Assembly: GCF_036321535.1 (NCBI RefSeq)
Contig: NC_087436.1
Span: forward strand, 49,292,001-49,356,000
Length of the DNA: 64,000 nt
Direction of reading: 5' to 3'
Source of the DNA: Camelus dromedarius
Lineage: Eukaryota
Shown: in pieces, positions 39,588 to 53,500 of the stretch
How positions within the stretch are numbered: position 1 is the stretch's first letter
How the letters are laid out: each line of letters opens with the position of its first letter
Translations under genes and position numbers: made by a program
Notes under the pieces: generated by a model
What the model was told of the DNA's origin: nothing
Seen by the model: the letters and a program-made list of their open reading frames with translations, nothing else
Database searches by the model: none

Positions 39588-40760
39588 TTTTTTAAATTGA
39601 GATATAATTCATACACCATAAAATTCATTCTTTTGAAGCATATAATTCTGTGGGTTCAGTATATTCAAAAAGTTGTGCCATGATCGCCACTACCAAATTC
39701 CAGAACAATTTCATCACTCCCAAAATAAATCCAGTCTTCCTTCATCCCTCCTCCACCTAATCAACTTTCAGTTTTTGTGGATTTGCCTATTCTGGAGATT
39801 TCAAATACATGGAATCATGAAAAAGTTGGCTTTTTGGTTTTGATTTCTTTCACTGAGCATTGTTTTCAAGCTTCACCTGTGTTTTAATATGTATCAGTAC
39901 TTCATTCCTTTTTACAGCAGAACAGTGTCCCACCCCACAGATACACCATACTCTATCTATCCATGATGCGTATTTGGGGTATTATAAAGAATGCTACTAT
40001 GGACATTAATTTATAAATCTTTCTCTATTATGGTAAAATATATGTAAACATAAAATGTACTATTTTAACCTCATTTTAAGTGGCATTAAGCACACTCACA
40101 TTGTGGTGCAACCATCACCACCATCCATCTCTAGAGCTTTTTCATTTTCTGAAAACCAAACTCTGTACCCATTAAATAACTCCCCATTTTCCCCTCTCCC
40201 AAGTCCCTGACAACCACCATTCTACTTTGTCTCTAGGAATTTGACTATTCTAGGTACCTTATATAAGCAGAATCATATTTATCCTTCTGTGACTGGTTTA
40301 TTTCACTTAGCATAATGTCTTCAAGATTCATCCATGTTGTAACGTGTCAGATTTCCCTCCTTTTTAAGGTAGGACAGTATTGCATTATATGTATATGCCA
40401 CCTTTTGTTTTTCTATGTATCTGTTGAGAGACACAGATTGCTTCCACCTTTAGGATATTATCAATAATGCTGCTTTCAACATAGGTGTTCATTGTTTATA
40501 AATTTTTGTATGGATATATGTTTTCAGTTCTCTTGGGAGTAGAATTCCTAGGGGGTGGAATCACTAGATCATATGATAATTCTATGTTTAACCTTTTGAG
40601 AAACTGCCAGACTGTTTTTACAAAGTCTCTGTGCCATTTTACATTCCCATCAGCAATATGAGGATTGCTGTATGGGGATTCCAATTTTTCCACACCCTCA
40701 CTAACACTTGTTATTCTCTATTTTTTTAAAGCCATCCTAGTGGGAGTAATGAAGTAGAAT
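39588..40760 (-). mobile_element. Two nested L1MB-like 3' ends (inner copy about 40020-40490)
   Basis: Two separate L1MB-type tails; the outer element resumes at tttttgtatggatatatgttttc; duplicated catt..tttataaat flanks the inner copy. Confidence 0.8.
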
Positions 40761-41159
40761 ATTTAGGGGTTATGATTCATTGTTGCAGTAGTTCAGATAT
40801 AAAGTGTAATTCTGAATAAGAGGGTGTCAGAGGAAATGAAATAAAATGATCAAGCAGGGAAATATTACTGGTTGAGAAATGAGTGGATATTAGTAACACT
40901 CTAGATGTAGGGAGAAAAAGAAAGTCAATTATAGTGATAAAGCTTTGAATTTGGCTATCTGGATGGATGATGGTATTAATCAGAGACAATTCTATAAAGG
41001 AATATGACATGACAGAATATATTTTTGATGTGATGTTTTTGAGGAATCTATGCATTTCAAATAAATAATCAGCAGACAGGTAAAGTTCAGCTTAGGGTGG
41101 GCAACAATGAAATACTTAATGATTTTAGAAAAGATCAAAGCAGCATTATTAGGACTAGA

Positions 41160-41640
41160 AGAGGGTCACCGTCTGTATATGCTTAGATTCCTAAGGCTGG
41201 GTTTAGTAACTTAGTGACCAAACATTGAGAAAGGAAGGAAACACTTGTCTTCCTGTTTTCTGTTTAAAATAGTAATACAAACCCCAAATGGGTAATGTAT
41301 TCTTTACACTCAGAGTTTTATTGGAACTCAGTGTTGGATTTTTGGATTGGACTTTTATCTATACTGGGGGGCATTCAGGACAGCGGTGCCCTTGGCTCAG
41401 AATGGTGTGAGCAGGCTTAGTGCGACCGCTCTCTAAGGGCTGGCACAAGATGGGGGGTCCTGGAGAAATGAGTGTCACCACAAGCAGTTATCTGATTGGC
41501 TGGAAACCAACCTGGCAAATTATCAAGGAGAACGTGAAGTTCCAGTTTTCTGTGCCCCAGACAGCCCCCTTGTAAAGCAAGGCCATCTCAACATACAGAA
41601 TGTACACCTGTAAGAGACCACAAGGCTCTCATTAGAACAC
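41160..41640 (-). mobile_element. Possible ancient LTR fragment
   Basis: GC-richer block with minus-strand AATAAA (tttatt) and a CCAAT box (ctgattggctgg); family not recognised. Confidence 0.25.
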
Positions 41641-43500
41641 AGTTCCTCAGTGGTCAGTGATCCTGGCTTTGTCCGATTTGGGAAAGTCTCCAACGTGGTA
41701 ATATTCAGGCATCAATACAGTGATGACTCACGTGCTCTGGGTATCAATACTACTTAGGGTGCTGTTGTAAACAGTCTCAAAGAAAGTTTGCAACACTGTC
41801 AGTCTGCTTATACATTGAGTTTTCCCTCTGATACACTGAGATGATAAGAACAAAATCACTCAGAAGGAAAAACAGAAAAAAACATGAAGGGCAACTGCTG
41901 CAAAAGACACCAGGTTAGGGTAAGAGTCACAGAGACAAAAGGAGGGAAATGTAAGAATGAAAGCCTGTGAGCATGTTTAAATGCTCTCGTTCTCACACAC
42001 ACATCCACATGTTCAATTCAATGAAATAAACCTCACGGTCAAAATCACAATCTTTCTGAGGATAATGTGGTTCCAACACAGATTTTTCTTTTGCTTCCCT
42101 AAATTAAAGCTTATTCTGGTAATTTTACCTTCATCAACTATTCACTGTGTTTTAAAAGGATAGTATCTTTCTGCAATTTGTTCTTTACTGAATGCATTCT
42201 GAGTTAGTCTTCAAACCACGATCAGTCCTGTCCCTTAGCGCACACTTTGTGGGTGGCAGGCCTCCAGAGCTGTGCTCTTATCCACCGTGCTTCACAGCCT
42301 CCACCAGCTTGTAGGAGAGTCGATGAAGAATACATTTCAGTTTGGTGAAAGGTAAGTTATTCTATATTTCAAACCCTAGAAGCGGATATTTTCCTTCAAA
42401 AATGAAACAAAACTTCTCTTTACAAACCAGTTACTCTACCTATAGACATGCATATATATCAATGCCTGCTATTCATTGTGTGCAAACATCTTCCTTTGGG
42501 GCCTTCAATACATTCTCCTTTCAGTCGATGGATCCTCCACTGATCAAGTCATTAAATACTTCCATCACAAACAGGGCACTATGTTTAATCTGCTGGATCT
42601 AGTCCTTCCTTTCCCGTGTGCGCTATTCGTCCCCCCTCATTGCAGGTCTCTTCAAAGCTTCCCAGCAATGGGTGTTTCCTTCCTGCTGTCATGCTGCTTC
42701 CCTGTCCATGTGATCCTCCTCCAGGTCTAAATGGGGTCAGACTGGAAGTTCCCTGAACAGCAGGTTACTGTCCTCAGCAGGACATCCCCAGGAGTCAGTT
42801 CTCCTCTGCCCTTCTCCCCAGCCCCCACCACGCACAAGCACATACACATGCTCATTCTCTACCCATCTCGCTCCCTCTCTCCACAAGTAAATGATCCCAA
42901 CTGTAAGGTGCCCAAAGGGAAGTGCTATTTCAGGATGTCGGCTACTTGGCAGCAATGGCTGTTCTATTAATGCTTAAAAAAAAATCACTACAGTAGTTAA
43001 AGATCTAAGAGGAAAACTAAAGGAAATCCTTATACATATTTACTCTCTGTGCTTCCTAAGACAAAGTGGTGACTCCAAAGAAACATTCAGTAAGCATTTA
43101 CAGAACAAATTCCACTAAGATAAAATATGTGTGTATGTGTATATATGCATACACACACACACACACACCAGACAAGCTTGCTTCTAATGAACAGCCTTTA
43201 CAGAACTAAAATTGCCAAACGAAGCTGAAATATTAGGCAGCAGTTATAAACTGACATAGCATTTCCATTGCACAAAGAAATTAAGAACCAAACACAGAAA
43301 TGTAGAGGTACAGGTATAAATTCACTGGACACTGTGAATATATTACCAGATCCATTTACATACCTCCCAGAAACAAAAGTTATGAGGGAGTAGATATTTT
43401 TTAAAAACCAAGATGGCAAATCCACAGTAAAAGAACATACTGAGTAAAATTCAAGCAGAAAAAGTACATGTAAATTCTTGCATCTGAAATGCAAACTTTT

Positions 43501-43917
43501 TCTTATTTAACTAGAGTTGATTTATAATATCCTGTTAGTTTCAGGTGTACGGCTTCATATTCTTTTTCATTACAAGATACTGAATATAGTTTCATGTGCT
43601 ATACAGTAAATCCTTGTTGTTTATCTATTTTAAGTATAGCAGTGTGTATATATTAATCTCATACTCCTAATTTATCCCTCCCCTTCCCCTTTCCCCTTTG
43701 GTAACTGTAAGTTTGTTTTCTTTGTGAGTTTGCCTCTGTTTTGTAAATAAGTTCATTTGTATTATTATTATTATTATTTTAGATTTCACATATAAGTGAT
43801 ATCATGTAATATCTGTCTTTCTCTACCTGACTTACTTCACTTAGTATGATCATCTCTAGGCCCCTCCATGTTGCTGCAAATGGCAATGTTTCATTTTTTA
43901 TGGCTGAGTAATACTCC

Positions 43918-43967
<50 letters not shown>

Positions 43968-44201
43968 CACACATCCATATATACACATAATATATCACAT
44001 CTTTTTGCATTCATCTGTTGATAAACATTTAGGTTGCTTCCATGTCTCGGCTATTGTGAACAGTGCTACTATGAACAATGGGATGCATGTATCTTCTTTA
44101 ATTAGAGTTTTTGTCTTTTCTGGATATATGTCCAGGAGTGGAATTGCTGGATCAAATGGTAACTCTATTTGTAGTTTTTAAAGGAATTGTTTTCCATAGT
44201 G
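43501..44201 (-). mobile_element. Artiodactyl/camelid-type L1 3' end with TSD, containing (GT)22 at 43921-43964
   Basis: Reverse counterpart of 4738-5368; TSD tgaaatgcaaactttt (43485-43500) / tgaaaagcaaacattt (44202-44217). Confidence 0.9.
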
Positions 44202-45009
44202 TGAAAAGCAAACATTTCTGTGACACTCTTAACACTTGCCAATATTTGACCTCTTTGGTCAGAGACAAGGCTATCATAAGCAAGTGGAGGTGTGCCCAGT
44301 GTCTTAACTCTGAAAAGCCAGTAGAGGATATAGTTTATTTTTCATCCACTAAAACAGGAAACATAATTCTCTGCAACAGAATTGCCATTCCCAACATCCA
44401 AGCATTTTGGGGATCTCCTCTAGAAATTCCATGTAGTGGAGGAGAAGAAGAGGGCAAAGAAGAGGAAAGAGGTGAAGAAAAGTGTGTGCCCTGATTTCAG
44501 TAGTTCATCTGTTATTTCCTTTTTCTCCACACAAGGAACTTTCGTTATTGGTGACTGTATTTAAATGGCTGACTGCAGGACAACGTTTCTGTTAGGAGCT
44601 AGGTTTCGAGCTGAATCTCAGAAGAAACTTCTCATCTGTAACTCTCACCCATAAACAAATAAGCAAACTATGGAAGTAGGAAGGTAAGAGAGATAACCAA
44701 AGAATAACTCCAGCTCAGGTTCTAATTCTGCCGCTAATCCTCCACAGCAGCATGACCTTGAGCCAAGCACTTAAAGAAACTGAGGATTAGAGAAGTCTAT
44801 AATATGTCGAATTGTATTATCTCTTCCCAAACCAGACTTTATGGCGTTTAAGGCATTATGATTCTATGACTTAGATACCATCTAATTCGATACAGATGGA
44901 ACAAATACATGTATAAGAAAAAGAGTTATTACACAGATAAATACAGTGTAAAAACACAAGCAAAATTATATTGGTAGGATTATCCCAATTTAAATATACT
45001 CATTCAGTA

Positions 45010-45105
45010 TTACATCTATCAAAATTCATCAAATTATACATTTGAAATATGTATACTTTACTGTACAGGAAACATACTATGATAAATGTGTTTTTAAAAA
45101 GGCAA
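45010..45105 (+). mobile_element. Old L1M 3' tail
   Basis: tcaaaattcatcaaattatacatttgaaatatgtatactttactgta. Confidence 0.55.
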
Positions 45106-48100
45106 TAAATAAATAAACTCATTCAGTATTAAAACTTTTACAACGAATAATCCTTCAATTGTACTATAATTTAAGGTAACTGTAAACTAATAGCCACAAT
45201 GCTTACTGAGTTCAAAAAAATTCTTCTACGATAAGTATCCTGTGCCTTTAGATTTGGTAATACAATATTATGAGGTGACGTATTAAATTTTTCAGAGTAA
45301 TGAGGCTACTACTATGGTTCATTTAGATTGAACAGCTACATCCACTTTTAACAGCCATAGATAGAGGATCAATAACATGGTAGACTGTGAGAGCTTTACA
45401 AAAAACTGCTTCAAATCTATAACATTAACCAAGATATTTTAAAGATGAATTCATTATTCCTACATTTTAGGGAAATTACTAGGTGTACATTAACCCCACC
45501 TTACCATTTCTTTAAGATAGATGAGGAGTAAAGAATAATTTTTCAAGAATGAATTTTTAATCATTGATTATTATATAAGTTATTTATAGCCCAAAGAATA
45601 CCCTCTGCAAGGATGCTGCAAGTCATATGAACTAAGGCTTAAAGCCAGTACATTAATAACATCAATACGAACACCAAAGGATCAGTGAGAACATCTCTAA
45701 TGCTTGATAACAAACTGTGTATAAAATGAAATTTTATACTATAAAACTGCCAATGTTTGATACATCACTATTTTTTAAAACCAATATTACTTCAGTTATA
45801 ATACTGTCTACATTTTTCATTCTAAAAATGTAAACAAGGAAATTTCATCAAACTTTACTTCCAATAAAAAGGCAAAGGAAGGTGACTGGAAAACACAAAT
45901 TTCCCAAAGATTCTAATTTTATCTTTCTCCTTAAAGTACATAGAAAATATTTCAGAATATTTAGGAAAACTCTAGTTATGTTTACTTTTTACCTGGATTG
46001 TTAAAAGACAAATTATGCATTTTACAAAATGGGAAGTGTCACTAACATGACAGAAAATATTTGTACCGTAAGGTATTCCTAAAAACAGTTCAGCAAACAT
46101 CAAGTTAAGATAAATAAATTATGACCCTCTTGCTATACATGAGTGGTAATCAAAATATTTAACAGCTGGCACGTCAAACATGGGTCATAGTGAGGGAGGA
46201 AGGTCCTAGGGGCCACCTACGGGCCACACATTATTATTTTAGCTGCAGGATTGTGGGGAGGTCCAGGGAGTCATGGAGCGGGAGCTACAGTATCTTAGTG
46301 CAGCAGAATTCTCTGGCTACCTCAGAAATATTTCAGCAACCATCAGCACAGCCACACTCATGTTTTCCTGCTGCATACCAACTCTGGTTGCTTGTATGAA
46401 TCTTAAATAAGGGAGTTTTTTTAAAAAGGCATTCAGCAATTGTTAAAATACCGCTTGTTATTAGAGAAAATGTAACTATTAACTTTGGCAGCAGCTAGAA
46501 AGAAACATCATGAAGAAAATTTGATGGAAGTAATAAAACTTAAAGATGAAAGGTTCTTTTTAATTTTTAAAATTATACATGAAAATTATGTAAAATGTTT
46601 GTGACTTTTTAACTTATTTAAAAACTAAAATATAAGGTTAAACTTTCAGGTCATGACCAGGATGACAGAATGTAAATACACTTTTCCCTAAATAAAGAAA
46701 ATGTTTAGTATAAGTAGCTGTATATTCGATCACACTTAAGACTGGAAGTCATATAAATAACTGAGAAATCCAAATAGATACTTTAATAACAAAATTTCGA
46801 TACAGTATTTTCGTAAAATTATCATTTTCAAATTAAAATGGATTTTCAAATATTTCCTGGAGGTGGAGTACACCTACCGTTGCTTAGAAGTTGATTTCTT
46901 AAGAACAAGCAGATCATAATGTTGAGGAAATGGCAGCATAATTAAAAAGTATGTGATGCCATGTTCCAGAGATGTAGGATGTGGTCCATATAGAACTGCA
47001 CATTTAAAAAAATGCTTTATATCATTTTTTATTTGCTACTTCTTCTAGGTGAAATATACAAATATCAAGAGAACAGGAATTTATTGTTGTTGTTGACTGT
47101 TCTCTTGTTGAAAGGGATTAAAATCACCTAGCAACCTCAGTGTTGTAGAAACCAAAATAATAGAAGAGTTGGTTGTCAACTACCAGTTCGTCTAAAACGG
47201 AAGAGTGCAAGCAAGTAGGAAAGTACTATTTTGCTACAGTTCTTTGTCACACATTTTTCATCACATGACAAAGTGAAAATCATCGAGAAACTCCCAAGAA
47301 GAAAAAACTCCTCTGAAAGAATAGTAATTGTGACTAATTTGAGAGTTTATAAACCATGACCACACAGAAACACACACACACAACATACACTCCAAAAAGG
47401 AAAATAACATAAAGACTTGGCCAAAGAGTACACAGGTCATAGCTTAGAAAGGAGGACTGAATAATGGAAACTTTGTTAAGGGCTTTAAAACATTCTAGGT
47501 AGAAATAGAAATGAGCATAATAATAATGATTAATGGCACCAGAGGCTATTTTTAAACTTACTTTGGTAGAGGCAAGCGAGGAATGAAAATTAAAGTAGGA
47601 CAGGAGGTAGGGAAAGCAACTTGAACACAGAGGAATAAATATGAAGACTGGAGTTATAAAGAATGACAGTAAGGGCAATATCAATAAAAATGTAAAATAC
47701 TATTTGTGATGATGGGATAGACAGGTAAATGGTGGAGAATATTTAAATTTCAGAACTTTTTTTTTTTTTTTTGGAGTGTCATGATATCCCAGAGTGTAAA
47801 AACTAAGCTCTAAAATAAATCGATATAAGCTAGCTCCCTTGTAAAACAAAGAAACTATATATTTTAAAACAAAAGAGCTCAGTAATTACAGAACATGTGT
47901 GCACATATTTTATACATGTGCAAGTATGAGAGCAGGAATGTGAGAACATGTTACTTTCATCTATGTATTAATGACTGAGGTTTTGGAATGTGTGGCAGTA
48001 TTTTTAGACAGTGAAAGACTAAAATCACCATTTCAAAACCATCATTGAGCTTGGAGTTTGGGGAAAAAAGGAGCAGGTGACTCTGCCTTTAGAGAAGGAT

Positions 48101-49494
48101 GTCTGGGGAAAGCCTTTTGGGCCAAGCTGACTCAGGCTGACAGGCTGTGGAAATCAATACTAGATGTCTTGATTCATCATGGACTCTGAGGGGATGAGCA
48201 GCTAAATGACAACTGGAACATTAACTCCTTATACTTGGAGATGTAAGCGTGTCATATCTAAGAAAGGTCAATTGTCAGCTGACCAGAAAGGCATAGATAC
48301 TCTAACCTTCAAGAATGAGTCAGTAAAAGACGAGAAGGGAAACAAACAAATGAGCAACCACTAGTATATGCATGTTCTCTCAGCTTGGCAGCCATTAAAA
48401 GCCAGATACTCTGCATGCTAGAAGAACCTCTTTCCTTCTGAGAAAGATGAGTAATACCGAAGAACCTAATACTGGGATGAACTTAACCAGGTCTCACTAG
48501 GAATGCAGCTGCTTTACAGAACCTCACTGCAGACACTCAGAGTGGGATGTCAATCTTCTCTCCAACAACTGTCACTAAAATGATTTAACACTCTAGGTTT
48601 ATGCCGGGTCATTGTACACAGGTCATCTCCAGAGCCATGAATGAAGTCATGCTTTATCAGAAAGCAGGTCAGAGGTGACATAAATCATCTAAGTGTAACA
48701 GCTGGCTAAATATAACTTTCTATGATAAGCACTCATTTCCTAAATGAAGAGGATATATATCCTTCATTTATTGAGGAGTGATGAGGAGAGAAATCCTCAC
48801 ATAAAACCAAACAAGACTTTTTCATCTTCAATACTCTGGGAAAAGGCACAGAGTCTGTAGGTACATGAATTTGGCTCATAGCCTCTGACGTCTCATGGGC
48901 ACTGAGTGAAGCTCGCCTGCTGACGGCCTTGTGAACAACCCCTACCCCTCCTCCACTCACCTTTCTTATGAAGGACTGGTGCTAACTGTTCATTGCAAAT
49001 AGGATTATGAGTCAATTAAGAAGGAGATTAGGTTACTTCCTTAACCTCAGGTTGAAAAACCAAGTGTCAATAGAGGACTTGGAGTGAAACACTGCAGCCA
49101 CCCAAAGGAGAAACAGAAAATACTCTTACTGTCTAGCTTATTTTCTTTTCATGGTTTTTTCAGGTTGCTTTACATTTTTTAAAATTAAAATTTACTTTTT
49201 AGAGCAGATTTAGGTTCACTCTAAAATTTAGCAGAAAGTTCAGTGGTTTGCCATACTTCCATCCACACACATGTATAACCTCCCCCCACTGTGAACATCC
49301 CTTTCCCAAGTGGTGCATTTGTTACAGCTGAGCAGCCTACACTGACGCATCATTATCACCCTAGGTCCATAGTTGACATTAGGGTTCACTCTTGATATTG
49401 TACATTCTATGAGTTCTGACAGATATATAAGGACATATATCCACTTTATAGTATATTACAGAATAGTTTCACTACCCAATTCTTCTGTTGACAA

Positions 49495-50104
49495 TTGGAA
49501 AGCAGTATGGAGGTTCCTTAAAACAAACAAACAAACAAAAAACCTAAAAACAGAGCTGCCATATGATCCTGAATATATCCTGAAAAGATAAAACTCTAAT
49601 TTGAAAAGATACGTGCACTCCAATGTTCACAGCAGCAGTGTAGACACACACACGCACACACACACAAAATGTAATGTTATTCAGCTATAAAAAAAAAAAA
49701 AGAAAATATTGCCATTGCAGCAACATGGATGGACCTAGAGTATATCATACTAGGTAATGTAAATCAGACAGAGAAAGATAAATACTATATAATATCATTT
49801 ATATTTAGAATCTAAAAAAACCAGAAATGAATCCATAAACAAAACAGAAAAGGACTCATATAGAAAACAAATTCATGGTTACCAAAAGGGAAAGGGAGAG
49901 AGGGGGATACATTAGGAGTATGGGATTAACAGATATAAACTACTGTATGTCAAATATGTAAGCAACAAGGATTTACTGTATAGCCCAGGAATCTTCAGTA
50001 TCTAAGCCTATAATGGAAATAATCTGAAAAAAGATATAGCTAAATCACTTTGCTGCACACCTGAAACTGACATTATAAATTAACTATATTTCAATTAAAA
50101 AAAA
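49495..50104 (+). mobile_element. Artiodactyl/camelid-type L1 3' end
   Basis: tggaaagcagtatggaggttcctt...gcagcaacatggatggacctagag...ttcaattaaaaaaaa. Confidence 0.85.
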
Positions 50105-50540
50105 TTTCTTCTTGTGATAAGAACTCTTAGGATTTACTCTTAACAACTTTAATATATAATATATAGCAGTGTTAATTATGTTTATCATGTTGTACATTAC
50201 ATCCCTAGTACTTAGAACTAGATGTTTGTACTTTGACTGCCTTCATTCAATCTCCCTCCCCCCACCTCTCATAACCACAAATCTTTTTCTATGAGTTTTT
50301 TTGCTTGATTTTAAAGTATAATTGACCTACAACACTATGTTAGCTCGTTCCACAATACAGTGATTCAATATTTATATACCTCTCACACTGACCACCATAC
50401 TAAGTCTAGTTACAATATATCACCATAGAAAGATATTACATAGTTATTGACTATATTCCCCACACTGTACATTTCATACTCATGACTCATTTATTTTGCA
50501 GCTTGAAGTCTGTACCTCTTAATCTCCCTCACCTATTTCA
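50105..50540 (-). mobile_element. L1MA9-like 3' UTR fragment
   Basis: tttcttcttgtgataagaactcttaggatttactct...catgttgtacattacatccc. Confidence 0.7.
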
Positions 50541-53500
50541 GAAGGTGATGGACTTTTGTACATTAACCTTGTACCCTACAACTTTGCTACAATTGCTTAT
50601 TAGTTGCAGATGATATTTTTTTGTTTGGTCATTTCAAATTTTCTACATAGAAGATCACATCATTTGGGAACAAAGATGGTTTTACTTTTTCCTTTCCAAT
50701 CTGGATACCTTTTATTTCCTTTTCCTGTCTTACTGCATTACCTACAACTTACAATACTATGTTGTTGGAAAGCAGTAGTGAAAGGTGACATCTTGCCTTG
50801 TTCCTGATCTTAGTGAGAACTTAGAATTTCCCACCATTAAGTGTGATATTAGATGTAGGTTTTTTGTAGATGTTCTCTATCAGGTTGAGTGAGTTCCCTT
50901 CTATTCCTAGTTTGCTAAGTTTTTATCATAAATAGATGTTGGATTTTGTCAAATGCTTTTCTGCATCTATTGATACAATAATGTGTTTTTCTTCTTTAGC
51001 CTATTAATGTGATCAATTATATTAATTGACTTTTGAATGTTGAACTAGCCTTCCATATCTGGCATAAATCCCACTTGGTTGTGATGTAAAATTCCTTTTA
51101 TACATCAAAGGATATGACTTGCTAACATTTTTTGTTGGGGATTTCTGGATCAATATTCTTGAGACATCTTTCTGGTTTTCATTTCTGTAGTGTTTTTGTC
51201 TAGTTTTGGTACTAGGATAATGCTGGCCTCATGGAATGAATTAGAAACTATTCTCTCTGCTTCCATTCTCTGAAAGAGGTTATAGAAAACTGATAAAAAC
51301 TTCTTTCTTAAATGTTTGATAGAATTCACTACTGAATCCATAGGAACCTTGTGTTTTCTGTTTTGGAAAGTTAATTATTGATTCAATTTACTTAATGAAT
51401 AGAGGCCTATTCCAATTATTTAATTCTTCTGTGAGCTTTGGTAGATTGTGCCTTTCAACAAATTAGTCCTTTTCATCTAGGTTACCAAATTTGTGGGGAT
51501 AGAGTTGTTCACTGTATTCTTTTATTATCTTTCTAATGTCCATGGGATCTATAGTGCTGTCTCCTCTGTTGATTTTCTGTTTTCAATTTCATTGATTTCT
51601 CCTCTAATTTTTATTTTCTCCTGCTTACTTTGGATTTAATTTGCTCTTCATTGTCTAGTTTCCTAAAATGAGAGGTTAGATTATTGATTTAAAATTTTTC
51701 ATTCCATAATATATGTATTCAGTGCTATAAACTTCCCTCCAAGCATTGTATTCACCACATTGTAAAATGTTTTGGTAAGTTGTATTTTCATTTTCTTTTA
51801 GTTCAAAATATTTTTTGTATTTTCCTTGAGATTCCTTCCTTGACCTGTGTGTTATTCAAATTATGTTGTTAAATCTCCAAGTATTTGGGGATCTTTCAAT
51901 GGCCTTTTTGTTGTTGATTTCTGGTTTAATTCTCTCTTCCCACTTAGAAGGTTAGGGGGATCTGGAGTTGGCAATTTCTCTTACCCAGGTATTTTAGGCT
52001 CTAGTAAAACCATTTCCTTCGAGGGCAGGCCTTGTCAAGAAGAACAGAATGCTCTGGCATAGTTCAAAATCATTCCTTTTTCCCTGACCCTGTCAGAAGT
52101 ACAAGGGGATTTTCCTCTAATATTTACTGTGAGGAGCTGGCAGAGCTCCTGGAGGTAAAACTCGCAAAAGTGTGCAGTCCTCCCTACGGCAGCTGGGTTC
52201 CCCTGCAGTTTTCTACTCCGTGACTTTTATCCACATTGAACCTCCAGTGATTTGCTAATTACAGTTCAGGTTTTTCCCACCATAGCACTGGTTCCTGTGG
52301 ACGTTTCTACACATAGGATTCTGCCCCAACAAGTTTATGATTCTCTGGATATGGTGCTTGTCTCTCCAATTTTGGGAGCAGTGGTTTGCCCTGTGACCTG
52401 ACTTCTCTGATGAAGTGAAGAGGAGTTGTTGATTTTTCAGTTTGTTCAGCTTTTTACACTCGTTAGGATGGTAAGCTCCTTACATGCTGGACTGGAAATC
52501 AAAAACCTCAGGTTTTGTTTGTTTTGTTTTAAGATCTTTTAAAAAAACTTTTAACCAGATGTCTTTCTAGTAATATATCAAGTCTTCTTTTCAAAATATG
52601 TATTTGGAAATACTGATGACTAAAAATTCTGTGATCACAGTGAGCTGCTTCTCAAAAAGAACTTTTACAATGTACAAATAAAGTTTTTAGAAGAAGACAC
52701 TGGTGAAATATCTTTTAAGGCCTCTCAAGTAAGGTGTAGGCTTACCAAGATTATATGTATACAAACATTTGCCTTTTTCTAACTCTTTGATACTCTTAAA
52801 TTTTTATTTGTACATGCAGTATAGTTACAGAACAAATTGAGGTTCTGGGTGAAAATAGGATTAGCATATTAGCTCATGTTTACAATAATTTTTCAATGTG
52901 TATGTTTACAGGGTGACCTATGGTCTTTTGAAGTCATTGCTACCTACTATTAAGAAATGATGTACATTATTTTTACAGGCATGGATACAGTGTTTTATAT
53001 TTCCATGTATACATCTACCCTCAGTCAATATTTTGTTAAATTGAAGTCCTAAATAAGTCTCAAGATTTTTCCCAAGCAATACTAATCTCTGTTAAATTAG
53101 ACCCTGTTCATACTCCAGTTTAAGAGGAGCTCCCCTAAGGATATTAGGCTGCTTTCAAAGATGTTTTAATTTACCATGTAATTAATATCTGAATAAATGG
53201 GCTTTTGTATTCACATAGCAGAGAAAATAAATCAGCAAATTTCTTTGAATTTCCTACTCACCAACTTTGCATTCTTGTAGCAAATCTGTCATTTTCAAAA
53301 CTAGACTATTTCCTTTACTTACTAAAATGACTCATTGGTATCTCAAGCTTTTCAGTAATAGAAATTTTCTTAAAAGATTAATCTAGGAACTTATCACTTT
53401 AATAAACTGTACACAGTCAATAGCAATTTTATGAACATTTTTCTTTGGGGATTAAAGATGGGCAAACTTTTTATCCTTTGTATTGGCATGCAGGAGTGAA

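Larger units (their letters stand above)
49175..52510 (-). mobile_element. Internally deleted L1MC/L1MD-like element (3' end 49175-49477, ORF2 about 50545-51930, 5' region about 51935-52510) with younger L1 inserts
   Basis: L1MC-type tail; reversed ORF2 remnant (SNSFHEASIILVPKLDK); L1MD-like 5' motifs gagggcaggccttgtcaagaagaacagaatgctctgg and gttgttgatttttcagtttgttcagc. Confidence 0.75.

Noticed and set aside
46140..46450. Possible hAT-Blackjack (MER81-like) remnant
   Set aside because: Similarity too weak to call by eye.
1..47500. Neighbouring short 5'-UTR exons expected if the host gene is SGMS1
   Set aside because: None identified convincingly, so the gene symbol is withheld.
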